DNA of 64,000 nt from Simkaniaceae bacterium (GCA_050248615.1 JBFWSA010000004.1:1-64000); one strand, 5' to 3'; counted from the first letter of the stretch, positions 19,101-28,721 are shown. Numbers and translations: made by a program. The notes: a model not told the origin generated them from the letters alone.

Positions 19101-19851
19101 AGGAGGGAATCAGTTCTTCCCAATTGACTTCAGCAATATAGAACTGACATTCAAAGTCTTTAAAACTTAATAAGACCTTTTTAGGAAGAGCCTGTTCAGT
19201 AACGCTAAAATCGATAGAATACTTTTCATCAAATTCCTGAACCAACATCATCCATTTGGCAAAATCTGACCAAAATGAGAGTTCATACTGCAAGGCTTGG
19301 CTCGGAGTCCCTCTTTTCCAAAGGGCCAATTCTTCAGCAGAAAGGTTGGAAAATTTTAACGAAGTTTCCTCGGTTTCAACAGCACGGTGAAAGACCATTT
19401 CATCGAGAAATTTTTCCCCTTTTGGGGTTTTCACTTTTAAAGAGAACACAGTCTCCCCACCCGATGCGGTACAGATATACTCCTTCTCACCCTTTTTCTC
19501 TAGAATTGCCGGATTACCGCCATGCCTCTTAAAACCCATTAAGCAAAGTTCGTTCCAAAAGGAGCTGCGAAAACGGACATGCAAAGGATCGTCGTTAGAG
19601 ATTTTAATGAAAGCTGCTGCTAAATGGGGACACGACTGGCTCTTCTCGGCTTCATCGCAAGTGCAAAAACCATCCTTCACCTCTCCCTCATCTCCCACTT
19701 GAAGAAAGGGCCAAAAGGTTTCACTTAATTTCGAATCAAAAACTTCAACTTGATAGGTTCCCTCTGAAAACACGATGCTCTTCACATCCCCCGACTGGAT
19801 CAACTGCTTTCCTTCGGATAGATGGTGAGCATTAAAGGGAGCGTGTGTCAC
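16168..19851 (-). CDS. SWIM zinc finger + SNF2-family helicase
   Basis: N-terminal CTC...CPHLAA SWIM; LRPYQ, DDMGLGKT, DEIQ, TGTPIEN, WWNPA..NQATDRVHRIGQ. Confidence 0.93.
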   Translation of the reverse strand: MTHAPFNAHHLSEGKQLIQSGDVKSIVFSEGTYQVEVFDSKLSETFWPFLQVGDEGEVKDGFCTCDEAEKSQSCPHLAAAFIKISNDDPLHVRFRSSFWNELCLMGFKRHGGNPAILEKKGEKEYICTASGGETVFSLKVKTPKGEKFLDEMVFHRAVETEETSLKFSNLSAEELALWKRGTPSQALQYELSFWSDFAKWMMLVQEFDEKYSIDFSVTEQALPKKVLLSFKDFECQFYIAEVNWEELIPSLKKVNSPLEVHEFRDVMIQKMHYDPHAKEMRISSEPVKEKKGVKAVKVGAWEFYPDAGFFPAQTNPLLRKKVIPEKQIGEFLSQNYRIVQRYLEGASLSRETIQPAYSLTFDEKHQLHISCFAFQKGDLQTQHAAFLKPWVYIESRGFYPLKDLRFEGVETVIPPDRMGDFIREHRQWLNEHEGFQIHLSNVEFHLSYVFDLKTLTFESEAQVFEGMDEIIDFGDWLYMKGKGFYKKQRARGMGKITSDLRIPIKEIPLFIHENREELEHIKGFFSPVCPLEKAGLNISMDLEKKIVVEPEYFYRREYQGKKIHFLGNFTYVPGEGFAEIPLKGRLPEKYRKKTTIDASAEPVFINVELIKLKSFIIKIDRRLKRPHNLNLKIRSIRKTEGKQWEVDLAYVSEFGEESLATIKKSLDEHRSYAITEAGLLFFKDPRFNWLRETLTSEEQKLTFSTLEWIRLRTFENVEEPKGQSKEAKQTRSLLKELDAFESEDVLHLEGLKSTLRPYQEIGVKWLWFLYSYGLSGLLCDDMGLGKTHQAMALLAGVRNANKGKKMRYFVVCPTSVIYHWEELLKKFLPEFRVVVFYGTQRTLKAFNSSADVLLTSYGTLRSEKEALSKITFEVAILDEIQIAKNMQSQTHHSLTLLKARTKIGLTGTPIENRLLELKALFDVVLPGYLPSQAQYRELFVNPIEKMGDPDKKMLLSRLIQPFLMRRKKSEVLDDLPEKIEEIAYCYLSEEQQKLYRDAFLKSRDALMKEIEKPGKELPYLHVFALLNTLKQICNHPCLITKDLKNYKNHQSGKWDLFVELLNETRDSGQKLVVFSQYLDMMTLIENYLKEEGIKYATIRGSTQDRKEQLQTFRDDPECEVFVASLKAAGTGVDLTAASVVIHYDRWWNPAKENQATDRVHRIGQNRGVQVFKMVTRGTVEGHIHELIEKKVGLLESIIGYDDQDQIKNLDREDLIALLQQLNNDFKD

Positions 19852-20966
19852 AGAGATCTTAAAACCTCTTCAGGAGGGTGATAGGGATAACCTAAATCAT
19901 GCGCCACATGATGATTCGTCACTTTGCCATGGCATACATTTAAGCCAGGAAGGAAAAAAGGATCCTGCAATAAAGCTTCTTGATATCCCTTTTCAGCTAG
20001 TTTTATTGCAAAGGGAAGGACACTATTGGCCAAAGCAAATGTCGCCGTGCGCGCGCAGGCTCCGGGCATATTCGCTACGCAATAATGGACAATCCCCTCT
20101 TTAACATAGATAGGATCTGAATGGGTTGTAGGATGAGAGGTTTCACAACACCCCCCTTGGTCAATGGCAACATCAACGATCACAGCCCCTGGCTTCATTT
20201 TTTTCAGCATCTCTTTTGTCACCAGCTTGGGTGTCACTTTTCCTGGAATGAGAACGGCTCCCACAACAAGATCGGCATGGGAAACTTCCTCTTCAATCGT
20301 CACAGGAGTTGAATACAGGGTGTTCAGCCTCCCTTCAAACAGATCGTCGAGTTCTCGGAGTCTTTGAAGATTGCTATCTAAAATAGTAACATCAGCTCCT
20401 AACCCCACGGCCATTTTTGCCGCTTGGGTTCCGACAATCCCCCCACCAATAATCACGACATCCCCTGGTGTTACACCTGGAACGCCCCCTAACAGAACCC
20501 CTCTCCCCCCACTCGCCATATGGAGTGCATTCGCTCCTGCATGGATCGCAATCCTCCCTGCAACTTCGCTCATAGGCATTAAAAGAGGCAAGCGACCCTT
20601 ATGATCGACAACCGTTTCAAAAGCAATCCCCACCACCTTTTGTTTTAATAAAGCTGCCGTTTGCATGGGATCAGGGGCTAAGTGAAGATAGCAGAAAAGG
20701 ATTTGGTTTTCTTTCAAAAGGGGATATTCTTCAGACTGAGGCTCCTTCACCTTAATGATCATGTCTGATTCATAAACCGCCTTAGCCTGGGGAACAATGG
20801 TCGCCCCAGCTCCCTGATAATCCTCATCAAAAAGTCCAATTTTTTCACCCGCACCTTTCTGGAGAAAGACTTCATGCCCCAGTTTTACCAGTGCCTGCAC
20901 CATTGCCGGTGTTGCACCCACCCGATATTCGTGATTCTTTACTTCTTTAGGAATACCTATTTTCAT
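19848..20966 (-). CDS. ald: Alanine dehydrogenase
   Basis: [50 protein letters not shown]. Confidence 0.97.
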   Translation of the reverse strand: MKIGIPKEVKNHEYRVGATPAMVQALVKLGHEVFLQKGAGEKIGLFDEDYQGAGATIVPQAKAVYESDMIIKVKEPQSEEYPLLKENQILFCYLHLAPDPMQTAALLKQKVVGIAFETVVDHKGRLPLLMPMSEVAGRIAIHAGANALHMASGGRGVLLGGVPGVTPGDVVIIGGGIVGTQAAKMAVGLGADVTILDSNLQRLRELDDLFEGRLNTLYSTPVTIEEEVSHADLVVGAVLIPGKVTPKLVTKEMLKKMKPGAVIVDVAIDQGGCCETSHPTTHSDPIYVKEGIVHYCVANMPGACARTATFALANSVLPFAIKLAEKGYQEALLQDPFFLPGLNVCHGKVTNHHVAHDLGYPYHPPEEVLRSL

Positions 20967-21721
20967 ATCTCTATCTTCCCATCAAAAACATGACGTACTT
21001 TTCCAATCATATGAATTTCTTTTAATATTTCATCTGCCATTAATAAATCAAATTGAAGCCTCTCCCCTGATTGGAACTTCACGTCTAAAGGTCCTTTAAG
21101 GCCAAAGTGGCGGATAGCAGAAAAGCAAACAGCCGTTGCACCCGTGCCACAAGATAGCGTCTCAGCTTCAACTCCACGCTCAAAAGTCCGCATGGAAAGC
21201 AAGCCATCGCCTTCAAGCTTAGCATAATTGATATTTACACCTGTATCAGAAAAACGCTTCTTAGCCTCTCTATCAAAAATCGTGAGATCTTCTACAAAAA
21301 GAACCAGATGGGGGACACCCACCTGAACAAGAAACACATCCTTTGCTTTCTTCTCGATTTCTGGAATCCCCATCCCTACACGAACCCCTTCAGGACTCCA
21401 TAGGCAAGAATACGTTTTTTTAAGGGTTTCTATCTCTATAGGATTTTTCTTGATCCCTGATCTATGGAGAAAATCGACAAGACACCTGAGTCCATTGCCA
21501 CACATCTCAGCCTCTTGTCCATTCGGATTGAAAATACGCATCAAAAAATCTGCGGAAGTGGAGGGCTGCACTAAGATAAGCCCATCTGCTCCGATTCCAT
21601 ATTGACGATGGCACAGCTTCGGAATGTCAACAGCATGAAGGGGAAATGTTCCTTTTTGGTCATCAACCAAAATAAAGTCATTTCCCGTCCCTTCATATTT
21701 CGAAAATGTGAAAAACATCAA
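20963..21721 (-). CDS. dapF: Diaminopimelate epimerase
   Basis: [29 protein letters not shown]. Confidence 0.95.
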   Translation of the reverse strand: MMFFTFSKYEGTGNDFILVDDQKGTFPLHAVDIPKLCHRQYGIGADGLILVQPSTSADFLMRIFNPNGQEAEMCGNGLRCLVDFLHRSGIKKNPIEIETLKKTYSCLWSPEGVRVGMGIPEIEKKAKDVFLVQVGVPHLVLFVEDLTIFDREAKKRFSDTGVNINYAKLEGDGLLSMRTFERGVEAETLSCGTGATAVCFSAIRHFGLKGPLDVKFQSGERLQFDLLMADEILKEIHMIGKVRHVFDGKIEI

Positions 21722-22344
21722 TCAAAACCAAGCTCTTGAAATGAGGAAACCACCCCATCCAACAGCCCGAAATCCTTGGCTTCATCCACGCTCATCCATG
21801 TGTCCCGATCGATCGTTTTTTCAATCAGAGCGCGCTCCTTTCCTGTAGCTTTTGCATAGAGCTCAATGAGTGCGTTACGCGTTTTGATGATTTCTTTTGC
21901 CTGAATTTCTAAATCGGTTGCTTGACCCTGAATCACTCCATGGATAAGGGGTTGGTGCATCATGATCCGCGCGTTTGGCGTTGCAAAGCGCTTTTTTGGC
22001 GCTGCAGCTAAGCTGAGAACCGATCCCATCGAAGCGGCAAGTCCTGTCACTAGGGTTGTCACAGGAGAGGAAATCATGTGAATTTGATCCCAAATCGCGA
22101 AACCTGAATCTACAGATCCCCCTGGAGAGTTAATCACAAATAATATGGGTTTTCCCGGATCTGTGTACTCTAGGTACCACAACTTGCGGATGGCATCTTT
22201 TGCTGTTTCATCCGTGACAGGAGAGGAAAAAAAGATGCGGCGTTTTTTTAGGAGAAGCTCTTCGACTTTGGCGTCAAAAGGCTTGTTTTTTCCTGCTTTT
22301 TCTTCATCCTCATCTAAACGGATAGGTTCCATTTTCGTTGTCAC
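21718..22344 (-). CDS. clpP: ATP-dependent Clp protease proteolytic subunit (chlamydial ClpP1 type)
   Basis: INSPGG, GLAASMG, IMMHQP; glyA-clpP-dapF gene order. Confidence 0.95.
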   Translation of the reverse strand: MTTKMEPIRLDEDEEKAGKNKPFDAKVEELLLKKRRIFFSSPVTDETAKDAIRKLWYLEYTDPGKPILFVINSPGGSVDSGFAIWDQIHMISSPVTTLVTGLAASMGSVLSLAAAPKKRFATPNARIMMHQPLIHGVIQGQATDLEIQAKEIIKTRNALIELYAKATGKERALIEKTIDRDTWMSVDEAKDFGLLDGVVSSFQELGFD

Positions 22345-22367
22345 AGTTCATTCTCCTTGCGGTTGGT

Positions 22368-23873
22368 TTAAGGCATTAAAGCGGGAGCGTGATCGAGATC
22401 CAACAGCTCCGGATAGAGGGTAAAATGGGAAAGAATCGTTTGCACTTCTCCTTTTACCTTCTCCAAAATATTTGCATCGATATCGACTTTTGCTCGGCTC
22501 AGCTCTCCTGTGCGTTCCACAGTCTTTGCTTTCGTTGCTTTTAACAGATCTACCATTAAATCAGCAATCTGTCGCATCTCTCCTTCTTTGAGACCACGAG
22601 AAGTAAGGGCAGGAGTTCCAATGCGTACCCCAGAAGTATACCATGCTCCATTCACATCATTAGGGATCGTGTTACGATTCACAGTCATGAAGGCTTCTCT
22701 AAGGGCAATCTCTGCTTGACGTCCTGTCAAGCTAAAGCTAGACATCACATCGAGTACCACCAAGTGATTGTCTGTTCCTCCGGTAAAGAGTTTCACCCCT
22801 TTGGATAGCAACCGCTCAGCAAGGGCCTTTGCATTGAGAATGATCTGCTTGGCATAGGTGGTAAATGCGGGCGTGTTCGCTTCTCGAAAAGCTACAGCTT
22901 TTGCAGCCATTACATGCGGCAAGGGACCCCCTAAAACTAACGGACACCCCTTATCAATGACTTCTTTAAACTCATCTGTACATAAAATCAGTCCTCCCCG
23001 AGGACCTCTCAGGGTTTTGTGGGTGGTAGAAGTCACGATATGAGCATAAGGAATGGGATTATATTCTCCTGTGAGCGCTTTCCCTGCAACAAGTCCCGAA
23101 AAATGGGCCATATCCACTAAAAGGACGGCGCCAACGCTATCCGCAATCTCCCGCATTTTAGCAAAATTCACTAGGCGAGGATAGGCAGAATACCCCCCAA
23201 CCAAAATGGTGGGCTTTTCCTGTTTGACTTGGCGCTGCATCACTTGATAGTCGATCAATTCTGTCTTGGGGTCTACTCCATAAGAGACCGCTTGCATCAT
23301 TTTTGCAGAAACATTGTGACGATAGCCATGGGTTAAGTGCCCCCCCGCATCGAGAGCGAGCCCCATCATCTTTTGCTTGAGCATGAGCTGGCGAATTTTT
23401 TCATATTCCTCACGAGAAAGTTCGTCAATGCTTTTACGCCCAAGGGCTTCTACTTCTTTGTTTTGAATCCTTTGGACAAGAATCGACCAAAAAGCGACTA
23501 AATTTGCATCTGCTCCCGAATGAGGCTGAACATAGGCATGATCACAGTTAAAAAGTTTTTTCACTTCTTTCACGGCTAGGTCTTCGATAGTATCGACATT
23601 CTCACACCCTGCATAAAAGCGATGAAACGGATACCCTTCACTATATTTATCGGTCAATAGATTCCCCATCGCCAATTGGGTAGCAAAAGAGCAATAATTC
23701 TCTGAAGCAATCAACTTGAGAAACCGGCGCTGATCTTTTAGCTCTTTCACAATCGCCTGAACAATTTCAGGATTCTTTTGATTGAGATGATCGAGAGCTG
23801 CAAGATAAGCTATTGCTGCAGAATCCCTCTCTTCAGGGGAGCGTTTTTCCATATAGTGATTCAAATATGACAT
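22368..23873 (-). CDS. glyA: Serine hydroxymethyltransferase
   Basis: LIASEN, GGHLTHG, DMAHFSGLVA, TTHKTLRGPRGG. Start moved to the ATG at 23873, which has an AAGGAG RBS. Confidence 0.96.
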   Translation of the reverse strand: MSYLNHYMEKRSPEERDSAAIAYLAALDHLNQKNPEIVQAIVKELKDQRRFLKLIASENYCSFATQLAMGNLLTDKYSEGYPFHRFYAGCENVDTIEDLAVKEVKKLFNCDHAYVQPHSGADANLVAFWSILVQRIQNKEVEALGRKSIDELSREEYEKIRQLMLKQKMMGLALDAGGHLTHGYRHNVSAKMMQAVSYGVDPKTELIDYQVMQRQVKQEKPTILVGGYSAYPRLVNFAKMREIADSVGAVLLVDMAHFSGLVAGKALTGEYNPIPYAHIVTSTTHKTLRGPRGGLILCTDEFKEVIDKGCPLVLGGPLPHVMAAKAVAFREANTPAFTTYAKQIILNAKALAERLLSKGVKLFTGGTDNHLVVLDVMSSFSLTGRQAEIALREAFMTVNRNTIPNDVNGAWYTSGVRIGTPALTSRGLKEGEMRQIADLMVDLLKATKAKTVERTGELSRAKVDIDANILEKVKGEVQTILSHFTLYPELLDLDHAPALMP

Positions 23874-23935
23874 ACCCAATATCTCCTTAAACTTTTTGAG
23901 TATGACATATCTAGGGCTATCTCGCCAACGAGATT

Positions 23936-24115
23936 TTAACATAACGCGAATTGCGGATTAGATCTCTATGGAAACGTTCAAATTTTTGAGGAAATTTTTA
24001 GAAAAACCTGCGAAGGAGATAGCCAAAGTGCTAGCTTCAAGCAGTTTTTCTTACAAAGATTCCAAAAAGATGGGTGTTTCTATAGAGATCTAATCCACAA
24101 TTCGCGTTAACATAA
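23936..24115. mobile_element. Palindromic element, family C (TAAC...GTTA ends): 162 bp between 9-bp direct repeats
   Basis: CGCGAATTGCGGATTAGATCTCTATGGAAAC ... GTTTCTATAGAGATCTAATCCACAATTCGCG (23945-24106), flanked on both sides by TTAACATAA. Confidence 0.85.
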
Positions 24116-24128
24116 ACTTATTAACTCA

Positions 24129-24195
24129 TATGAACCTATCCAGAGTCATGACGTCCTCGCAAAGCGAGGAGCTTGATACGATTATAGGCTCTGGA
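24129..24195. mobile_element. Truncated family A element
   Basis: TATGAACCTATCCAGAG ... CTCTGGA with an inner hairpin TCCTCGC-AAA-GCGAGGA. The right end runs straight into the IS30 remnant. Confidence 0.6.
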
Positions 24196-24563
24196 GAAAG
24201 TAAAGGATGCACTAGTTAAAAAACTGGAGCCCGTCCAAGACTTTATCTTAATGGTAACAGCTGATAACGGAAAAGAGTTTGCATGTCATCAGGAAGCAAA
24301 ACGTTGCCTTGAAACAAGTTTTTATTTTGCTAAACCTTATCATTCTTGAGAAAGGGGGTTTAATGAACATACGAATGGGTTGGTGCGTCAGTATCTTCCT
24401 AAAAAAACAAAGTTTTAATGATGTAACAGACGAAGACATAGAGAAAATTGAGTTTTTGCTTAACAATGGACCCTGGAAAGTGCTAAACTTTTGGACACTA
24501 TTAGAGGTTTTTAACGAGTTCAGTAAAAAGAACGTTATTGTCGCACTTCAGAATTGAATTGGC
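24194..24563 (+). pseudogene. IS30-family transposase 3' remnant with right end
   Basis: Reads ...VTADNGKEF...FYFAKPYHS*ERG.NEHTNGLVRQYLPK, then after a frameshift ...LNNGPWKVLNF...VALQN*. Contains a stop and a frameshift; ends GTCGCACTTCAGAATTGAATTGGC, resembling IS30-type inverted-repeat ends. Confidence 0.88.
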
Positions 24564-24589
24564 GGGTGCTTTGGCACAGCCGAAAATCC

Positions 24590-24614
24590 AACTTTTGAAG
24601 TTGTTTTGAGTATA
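24590..24614. repeat. Family B repeat half-site
   Basis: AACTTTTGAAGTTGTTTTGAGTATA, reverse complement of the 42069 copy apart from one extra T. Confidence 0.7.
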
Positions 24615-24739
24615 AAACAGCAATAGTTAGACTTATGAAACAAGATAAGAATAGTCATAACTTCTGCTCTGCTAAATCTTGGTCGAGATTTTTAAATTAT
24701 TTTGAAAGAAAAATAAATTTCTTATTTAAAAATGATCGG

Positions 24740-26110
24740 ATGAATATACCACGCTTATTCAGTATTATTGGAATCAGCTTGGGATGCATTGTCATGGGAC
24801 TCGTGTTCACCATGATAAATGCTACTATTCCCACAATTCAAAAATCACTGAATGTTCCTCTTCATCAGATGCAATGGATGATGCTCTCCTTTGGGATTGT
24901 GAATTGTGCTCTTCTCGTTACGAGTGGTCGTCTCGCAGATATTTACGGAAGAAGGAAAATCTTTTTAATTGGCCTTTGTGTCTCTGGAATAGGAATGAGC
25001 ATTGGAGGAATGAGCCAAGGAGGATTAGGGCTAATTTGCAGCATGATTTTAGCAGGGATAGGAAATGCAATTCTTCTTCCTGTCTCACAGGCCATGATTG
25101 TTTCAGAATTTCCAAAATTTAATAAGAGCCGCGCTATTGGTGTTTGGACTCTTGTGACTTCTTGTTCCATGGCATCAGGTCCTCTACTTGCGGGGGCCCT
25201 GTCTCAAACATTTGGGTGGCGCTGGGTGTTTTGGTCAACAATTCCTCTTTTCATTCTGAGCCTTATTTTTATTTTTCTTTACACACAGGAAACAAGAAAT
25301 TCAGTAGACCCTCCGCATCTCGACATTCAAGGAATAATTCTCATTGGGGTTTGTCTTTCTTCTTTTACCTTTTTGGCTACAGAATATAGTCGTTTGCCTC
25401 TCGTTACTAATGCTATTCTTCTTCTAATTTCCCTTCTAACATTTTCGGCTCTCTGGAAAAACAGTCACACGTTTTCGTCTCCCATTCTCCTTCTTGAGTT
25501 TATCAAAAACAAACAGTTTATTTACGCTTCCGTTGCTAGTTGCTGCTTGTGCTTTTGCATCTGGTCTACTTTTTTTCTTCTTCCACTCTACCTCGAAAAT
25601 ATCCGCCTTTTGAACTCTTTTCTAGCAGGATTTCTAATGCTTGGAATGACTACTCCTGTGATTATTCTCTCCCCCATCATTGGGAAAGTGTATCGACCTC
25701 ATTACGCTTGGAGATTTATCTTTTTTGGATTTCTGTTTTTGATTTTCTCTTCTATCACCCAAGCTTTTTTTGGAGCCTTCACCTCTTTATCGTTTATTCT
25801 GGTGTCAACCCTTCTACTTGGAATCGGGAATGCACTCATTACGGGGCCTGCAATCACCACAGCAATTTCTGTAGTTCCAACTTACAAAGCAGGGATTGCC
25901 TCCGGAACATTTATCACTTTTCAAGAAATTGGAGGAACACTAGGACTGGCTTTCATCGTTACTATAGTCCGCTTAAGTCCAAATCTCGCAGTAGGAATTC
26001 AAAAAGGAGTCTATTGCCTCCTTTTAATTAATATCCTTGGAGCCTTTTGTGGACTTCTTATGTTAACTATCAAAACAGATCATCTTGATGTCGACATTAT
26101 TAAGTCTTAG
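24740..26110 (+). CDS. MFS transporter (DHA2/EmrB-like)
   Basis: GRLADIYGRRK motif A, GPLLAG, WRWVF, many TM segments. Start placed at ATG 24740 rather than 24635. Confidence 0.88.
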   Translation: MNIPRLFSIIGISLGCIVMGLVFTMINATIPTIQKSLNVPLHQMQWMMLSFGIVNCALLVTSGRLADIYGRRKIFLIGLCVSGIGMSIGGMSQGGLGLICSMILAGIGNAILLPVSQAMIVSEFPKFNKSRAIGVWTLVTSCSMASGPLLAGALSQTFGWRWVFWSTIPLFILSLIFIFLYTQETRNSVDPPHLDIQGIILIGVCLSSFTFLATEYSRLPLVTNAILLLISLLTFSALWKNSHTFSSPILLLEFIKNKQFIYASVASCCLCFCIWSTFFLLPLYLENIRLLNSFLAGFLMLGMTTPVIILSPIIGKVYRPHYAWRFIFFGFLFLIFSSITQAFFGAFTSLSFILVSTLLLGIGNALITGPAITTAISVVPTYKAGIASGTFITFQEIGGTLGLAFIVTIVRLSPNLAVGIQKGVYCLLLINILGAFCGLLMLTIKTDHLDVDIIKS

Positions 26111-26144
26111 ATTTAGAAGAAACAACGATGAGGAAAAACAGATC

Positions 26145-26314
26145 TATGAACCTATCCGCAAAGTCAAATACGCTTTCTTTTTGTTCTTTTTTGACTTTTT
26201 TGATGTTCTTTTTTCGCCCTTGTCTCCTGGACAATATGCTCAAATAAAAACATCAAAAATTGTCTAAAAAATTTCCAAAAATTAAACTTATTCTACTTTG
26301 CGGATAGGTTCATA
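26145..26314. mobile_element. Palindromic element, family A, full length
   Basis: Perfect 20-bp inverted ends TATGAACCTATCCGCAAAGT / ACTTTGCGGATAGGTTCATA; core CCTTGTCTCCTGGACAAT; T-rich left arm, A-rich right arm. Confidence 0.88.
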
Positions 26315-26397
26315 TGAAAAAAGATTTTTTCAACAAAGTCGAGTTTTGATTGAAGTTTTTGTGTAAAAAAATATCTTTAATTCGGGACAGGTTCATA
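26315..26397. mobile_element. Partial family A element (right end only)
   Basis: CTTTAATTCGGGACAGGTTCATA is the reverse complement of a sequence nearly matching the left end of the 39786 copy (TGAACCTATCTCGAATTAAAG). Confidence 0.6.
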
Positions 26398-26498
26398 ACT
26401 CAAGTTGCTATCTAGAGTTACTGCTAATTTGGCAAATAAAAAGACCTTCTTGGAGTTTTTATTCCAAAATAGGATTGAGAATAGGTAGCAACCTAGGT
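26396..26498. mobile_element. Degenerate family C-like palindromic element
   Basis: TAACTCAAGTTGCTATCTA ... TAGGTAGCAACCTAGGT imperfect inverted ends. Confidence 0.5.
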
Positions 26499-26595
26499 GT
26501 TCATAATAGGTCGAAATCTCAGAAGAATTTTAACTTGAGGAATTAGAGAGAAACCATTAATCTGTTAGTTGATAAAGAACCAATGAGAGATCTAA

Positions 26596-27363
26596 ATGCA
26601 CGAAGGACTAAAACTTCTACTTGACATTCAAGAACTTGATATAAAAATGATTAGGCTCATGCGTGTGAAGAAACAGCGCCAAAGTGAGCTCAAACAGATC
26701 GAATCCCTGCGAGTAGAATTGCGTGAGCAACTCTCTCTTAAGGAAGAAGAAATTAAAGACCTTGATAAACAAATCACCTCTTTAGAAGCAAAGCTCCAAG
26801 GGCTTACCGAAAAATATAAGAAACTCGAATCGCAGCAAAGCAGTGTCAAAAAAGTGGAGGAGTTTAACGCTCTGACCCAAGAAATGACAACAGTTGAGAG
26901 AGAAAAAGCGGCCCTTGAATCACAAACCTCTAACATTCTAGATAAAAAGAATGCAGAAGAGGAAATTCTCGAGAAAATCAAAGAGAGCCTCTCTTCTTCA
27001 GAAACCAATAGCTTAGAACTTGAAAAAGAGATCTTATCGAGTATCAACAAAATCAATGATGAAGGACAGCAGCTTAAAAATGAGAGAGATGCTCTCATCC
27101 GTGAAGCCGATCCTACCATCTTAAAAGTTTATGAAAGACTCCTTCGCAATAAAAAAGACCGCGTGATCGTTCCTATCGAAAACCGGACGTGTAGCGGATG
27201 CCATATCGCACTCACTCTCCAACATGAAAACTTAGTTCGAAAAGGGGAAGCTGTGACTTTTTGTGAACACTGCTCCCGCATCCATTTCTGGCAAGAAAGC
27301 GAAGCTGTTGAAGGAACTACTGTTGCGACAAGACGTCGTCGTCGTCGCACCGTGAAAACATGA
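26596..27363 (+). CDS. CT398/CdsZ-like coiled-coil protein with C4 zinc ribbon
   Basis: Long coiled coil, CSGC...CEHCSRI, Arg-rich tail; directly upstream of rnpB. Confidence 0.88.
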   Translation: MHEGLKLLLDIQELDIKMIRLMRVKKQRQSELKQIESLRVELREQLSLKEEEIKDLDKQITSLEAKLQGLTEKYKKLESQQSSVKKVEEFNALTQEMTTVEREKAALESQTSNILDKKNAEEEILEKIKESLSSSETNSLELEKEILSSINKINDEGQQLKNERDALIREADPTILKVYERLLRNKKDRVIVPIENRTCSGCHIALTLQHENLVRKGEAVTFCEHCSRIHFWQESEAVEGTTVATRRRRRRTVKT

Positions 27364-27369
27364 TCTTCT

Positions 27370-27733
27370 TTGGAAAAAGATGCAATCGCTGCTGCATAAA
27401 ACTCTGTTTTTGCAGGAGAGGAAAGTCTGGACTTCAGAGAAAAAGGTGCCAGCGAAATGCTGGGGGCCGTAAGGCTACGGAAAGTGTAACAGAAAATAGA
27501 CCGCTAACGAGTCATCGTTAGACAGGATGAAAAAGCTGAGCTAGTGGCTTAGCCCCACATGCAGAAATGCTAGGGAGATACAAACCCCACCTGAAGCAAG
27601 AAAAAAAGCTCGAACTGTTTTTCGCAAGGGAGCTTTTTCAAGGTCGCTTGAGAGTTTTAGCAATAAAACTCCTAGATGAATGATTGCAGCCTGCAAGATG
27701 CAGGTGACAGAATCCGGCTTACTCTTTTTCCGA
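27370..27733 (+). ncRNA. rnpB: RNase P RNA (bacterial type A)
   Basis: GAGGAAAGTCTGGAC, GGAAAGTGTAACAGAAA, AGATGAATGATTG and ACAGAATCCGGCTTA conserved blocks; GGAAAAAGA / TCTTTTTCC P1 pairing. Confidence 0.95.
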
Positions 27734-28660
27734 GATTTTTTGAGCGTCAGTGTGAATCACATTGACGCTTTTTTTTGCACGCGGATGCGCTTTTAAATAG
27801 ACCTCATGCTTCAGTTTTGTAGAGACACGCGTGTAAATCGTCGTGGTCGAAAGAGAACTATGCCCCAGTAAAACCTGAATCGTTTTTAGATCCATCCCTT
27901 TTTCTAACCAATGGGTCGCAATGGTGTGACGGATCGTATGAGGGGTAATCCGTGCTGCCATCCCACTTTTTTGCAAATATCTTTTAAAAAGGCGGTCTAT
28001 CGAACGTGTGGAGAGGCGACTCCCCCACTTATTAAGAAAGATGGCATCTGGATCTTTTTGCCTATAAGGTTTCCCCTCTTCATGCCGCTGGGGATGTTTA
28101 AGATAGTCTTGAATCCATTTTGCACTATTCTTCGTGATCGGAACAATACGCTCTTTCTTCCCTTTTCCTCGAACCCGAAAGCTACGAGATGGAAAATCAA
28201 AATCTTTGCGGTTTAGCCCTGCAAGCTCACTAATACGCAACCCTGAGCTATAAAAAAGCTCTAAAATACACCGATCTCGAAAACCCAGGAGCTCTTCGGT
28301 GTTGGGTTGGTTGAAAAGGGTTTCCACCTCGCTATAAGATAGTGCTTTGGGAAGCAATTTATCTAACTTGGGGGTGTTAATTTCGCTAGCAGGATTTTCA
28401 GAAATCTTTTTTTCCTTCATGAGGAATTTAAAAAGGGAGCGCAGCGCTGCTAAATGGCGGAGCATCGTCCTTTTAGAAACCCCGCGCATCTTTAGATGAG
28501 CCAGGTAATTGCGGATAAGACGCTTGTCTACAGGAGTTTCTTGAGAAAAGTGAAGAAAAGCCTTTAAATCGAGGTGATAATTGCGTAGAGTATGGGGAGA
28601 AGCTCTGCGAACGACTTCTAAATGGTGCAAGAATTGGTCGATATGGTTTTTTAGTTGCAT
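27719..28660 (-). CDS. xerC: Tyrosine recombinase XerC
   Basis: SPHTLRNY, GLRISEL, GKGKKER, PHTIRH, LLGH...TTIYT. Start placed at ATG 28660. XerC vs XerD assignment is by context. Confidence 0.82.
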   Translation of the reverse strand: MQLKNHIDQFLHHLEVVRRASPHTLRNYHLDLKAFLHFSQETPVDKRLIRNYLAHLKMRGVSKRTMLRHLAALRSLFKFLMKEKKISENPASEINTPKLDKLLPKALSYSEVETLFNQPNTEELLGFRDRCILELFYSSGLRISELAGLNRKDFDFPSRSFRVRGKGKKERIVPITKNSAKWIQDYLKHPQRHEEGKPYRQKDPDAIFLNKWGSRLSTRSIDRLFKRYLQKSGMAARITPHTIRHTIATHWLEKGMDLKTIQVLLGHSSLSTTTIYTRVSTKLKHEVYLKAHPRAKKSVNVIHTDAQKISEKE

Positions 28661-28721
28661 TGTTCTTGTTTTGCAAGCTCCCGATATGTTATGATCATCC
28701 AAAAAATTTAGATTTTACGCC

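Noticed and set aside
22319..22329. CGGATAGGTTC in the clpP 5' region matching the family A end
   Set aside because: Only 11 nt, no partner arm, and it encodes ordinary residues (EPIR); probably chance.
24279..24557. 92-aa ORF
   Set aside because: Its C-terminal part is the frameshifted tail of the IS30 transposase remnant, not an independent gene.
26085..26267. 60-aa ORF
   Set aside because: Mostly a translation of the family A element.
27719..28660. Recombinase as a prophage or island integrase
   Set aside because: XerC-like sequence among core genes, with no phage or conjugation genes nearby.
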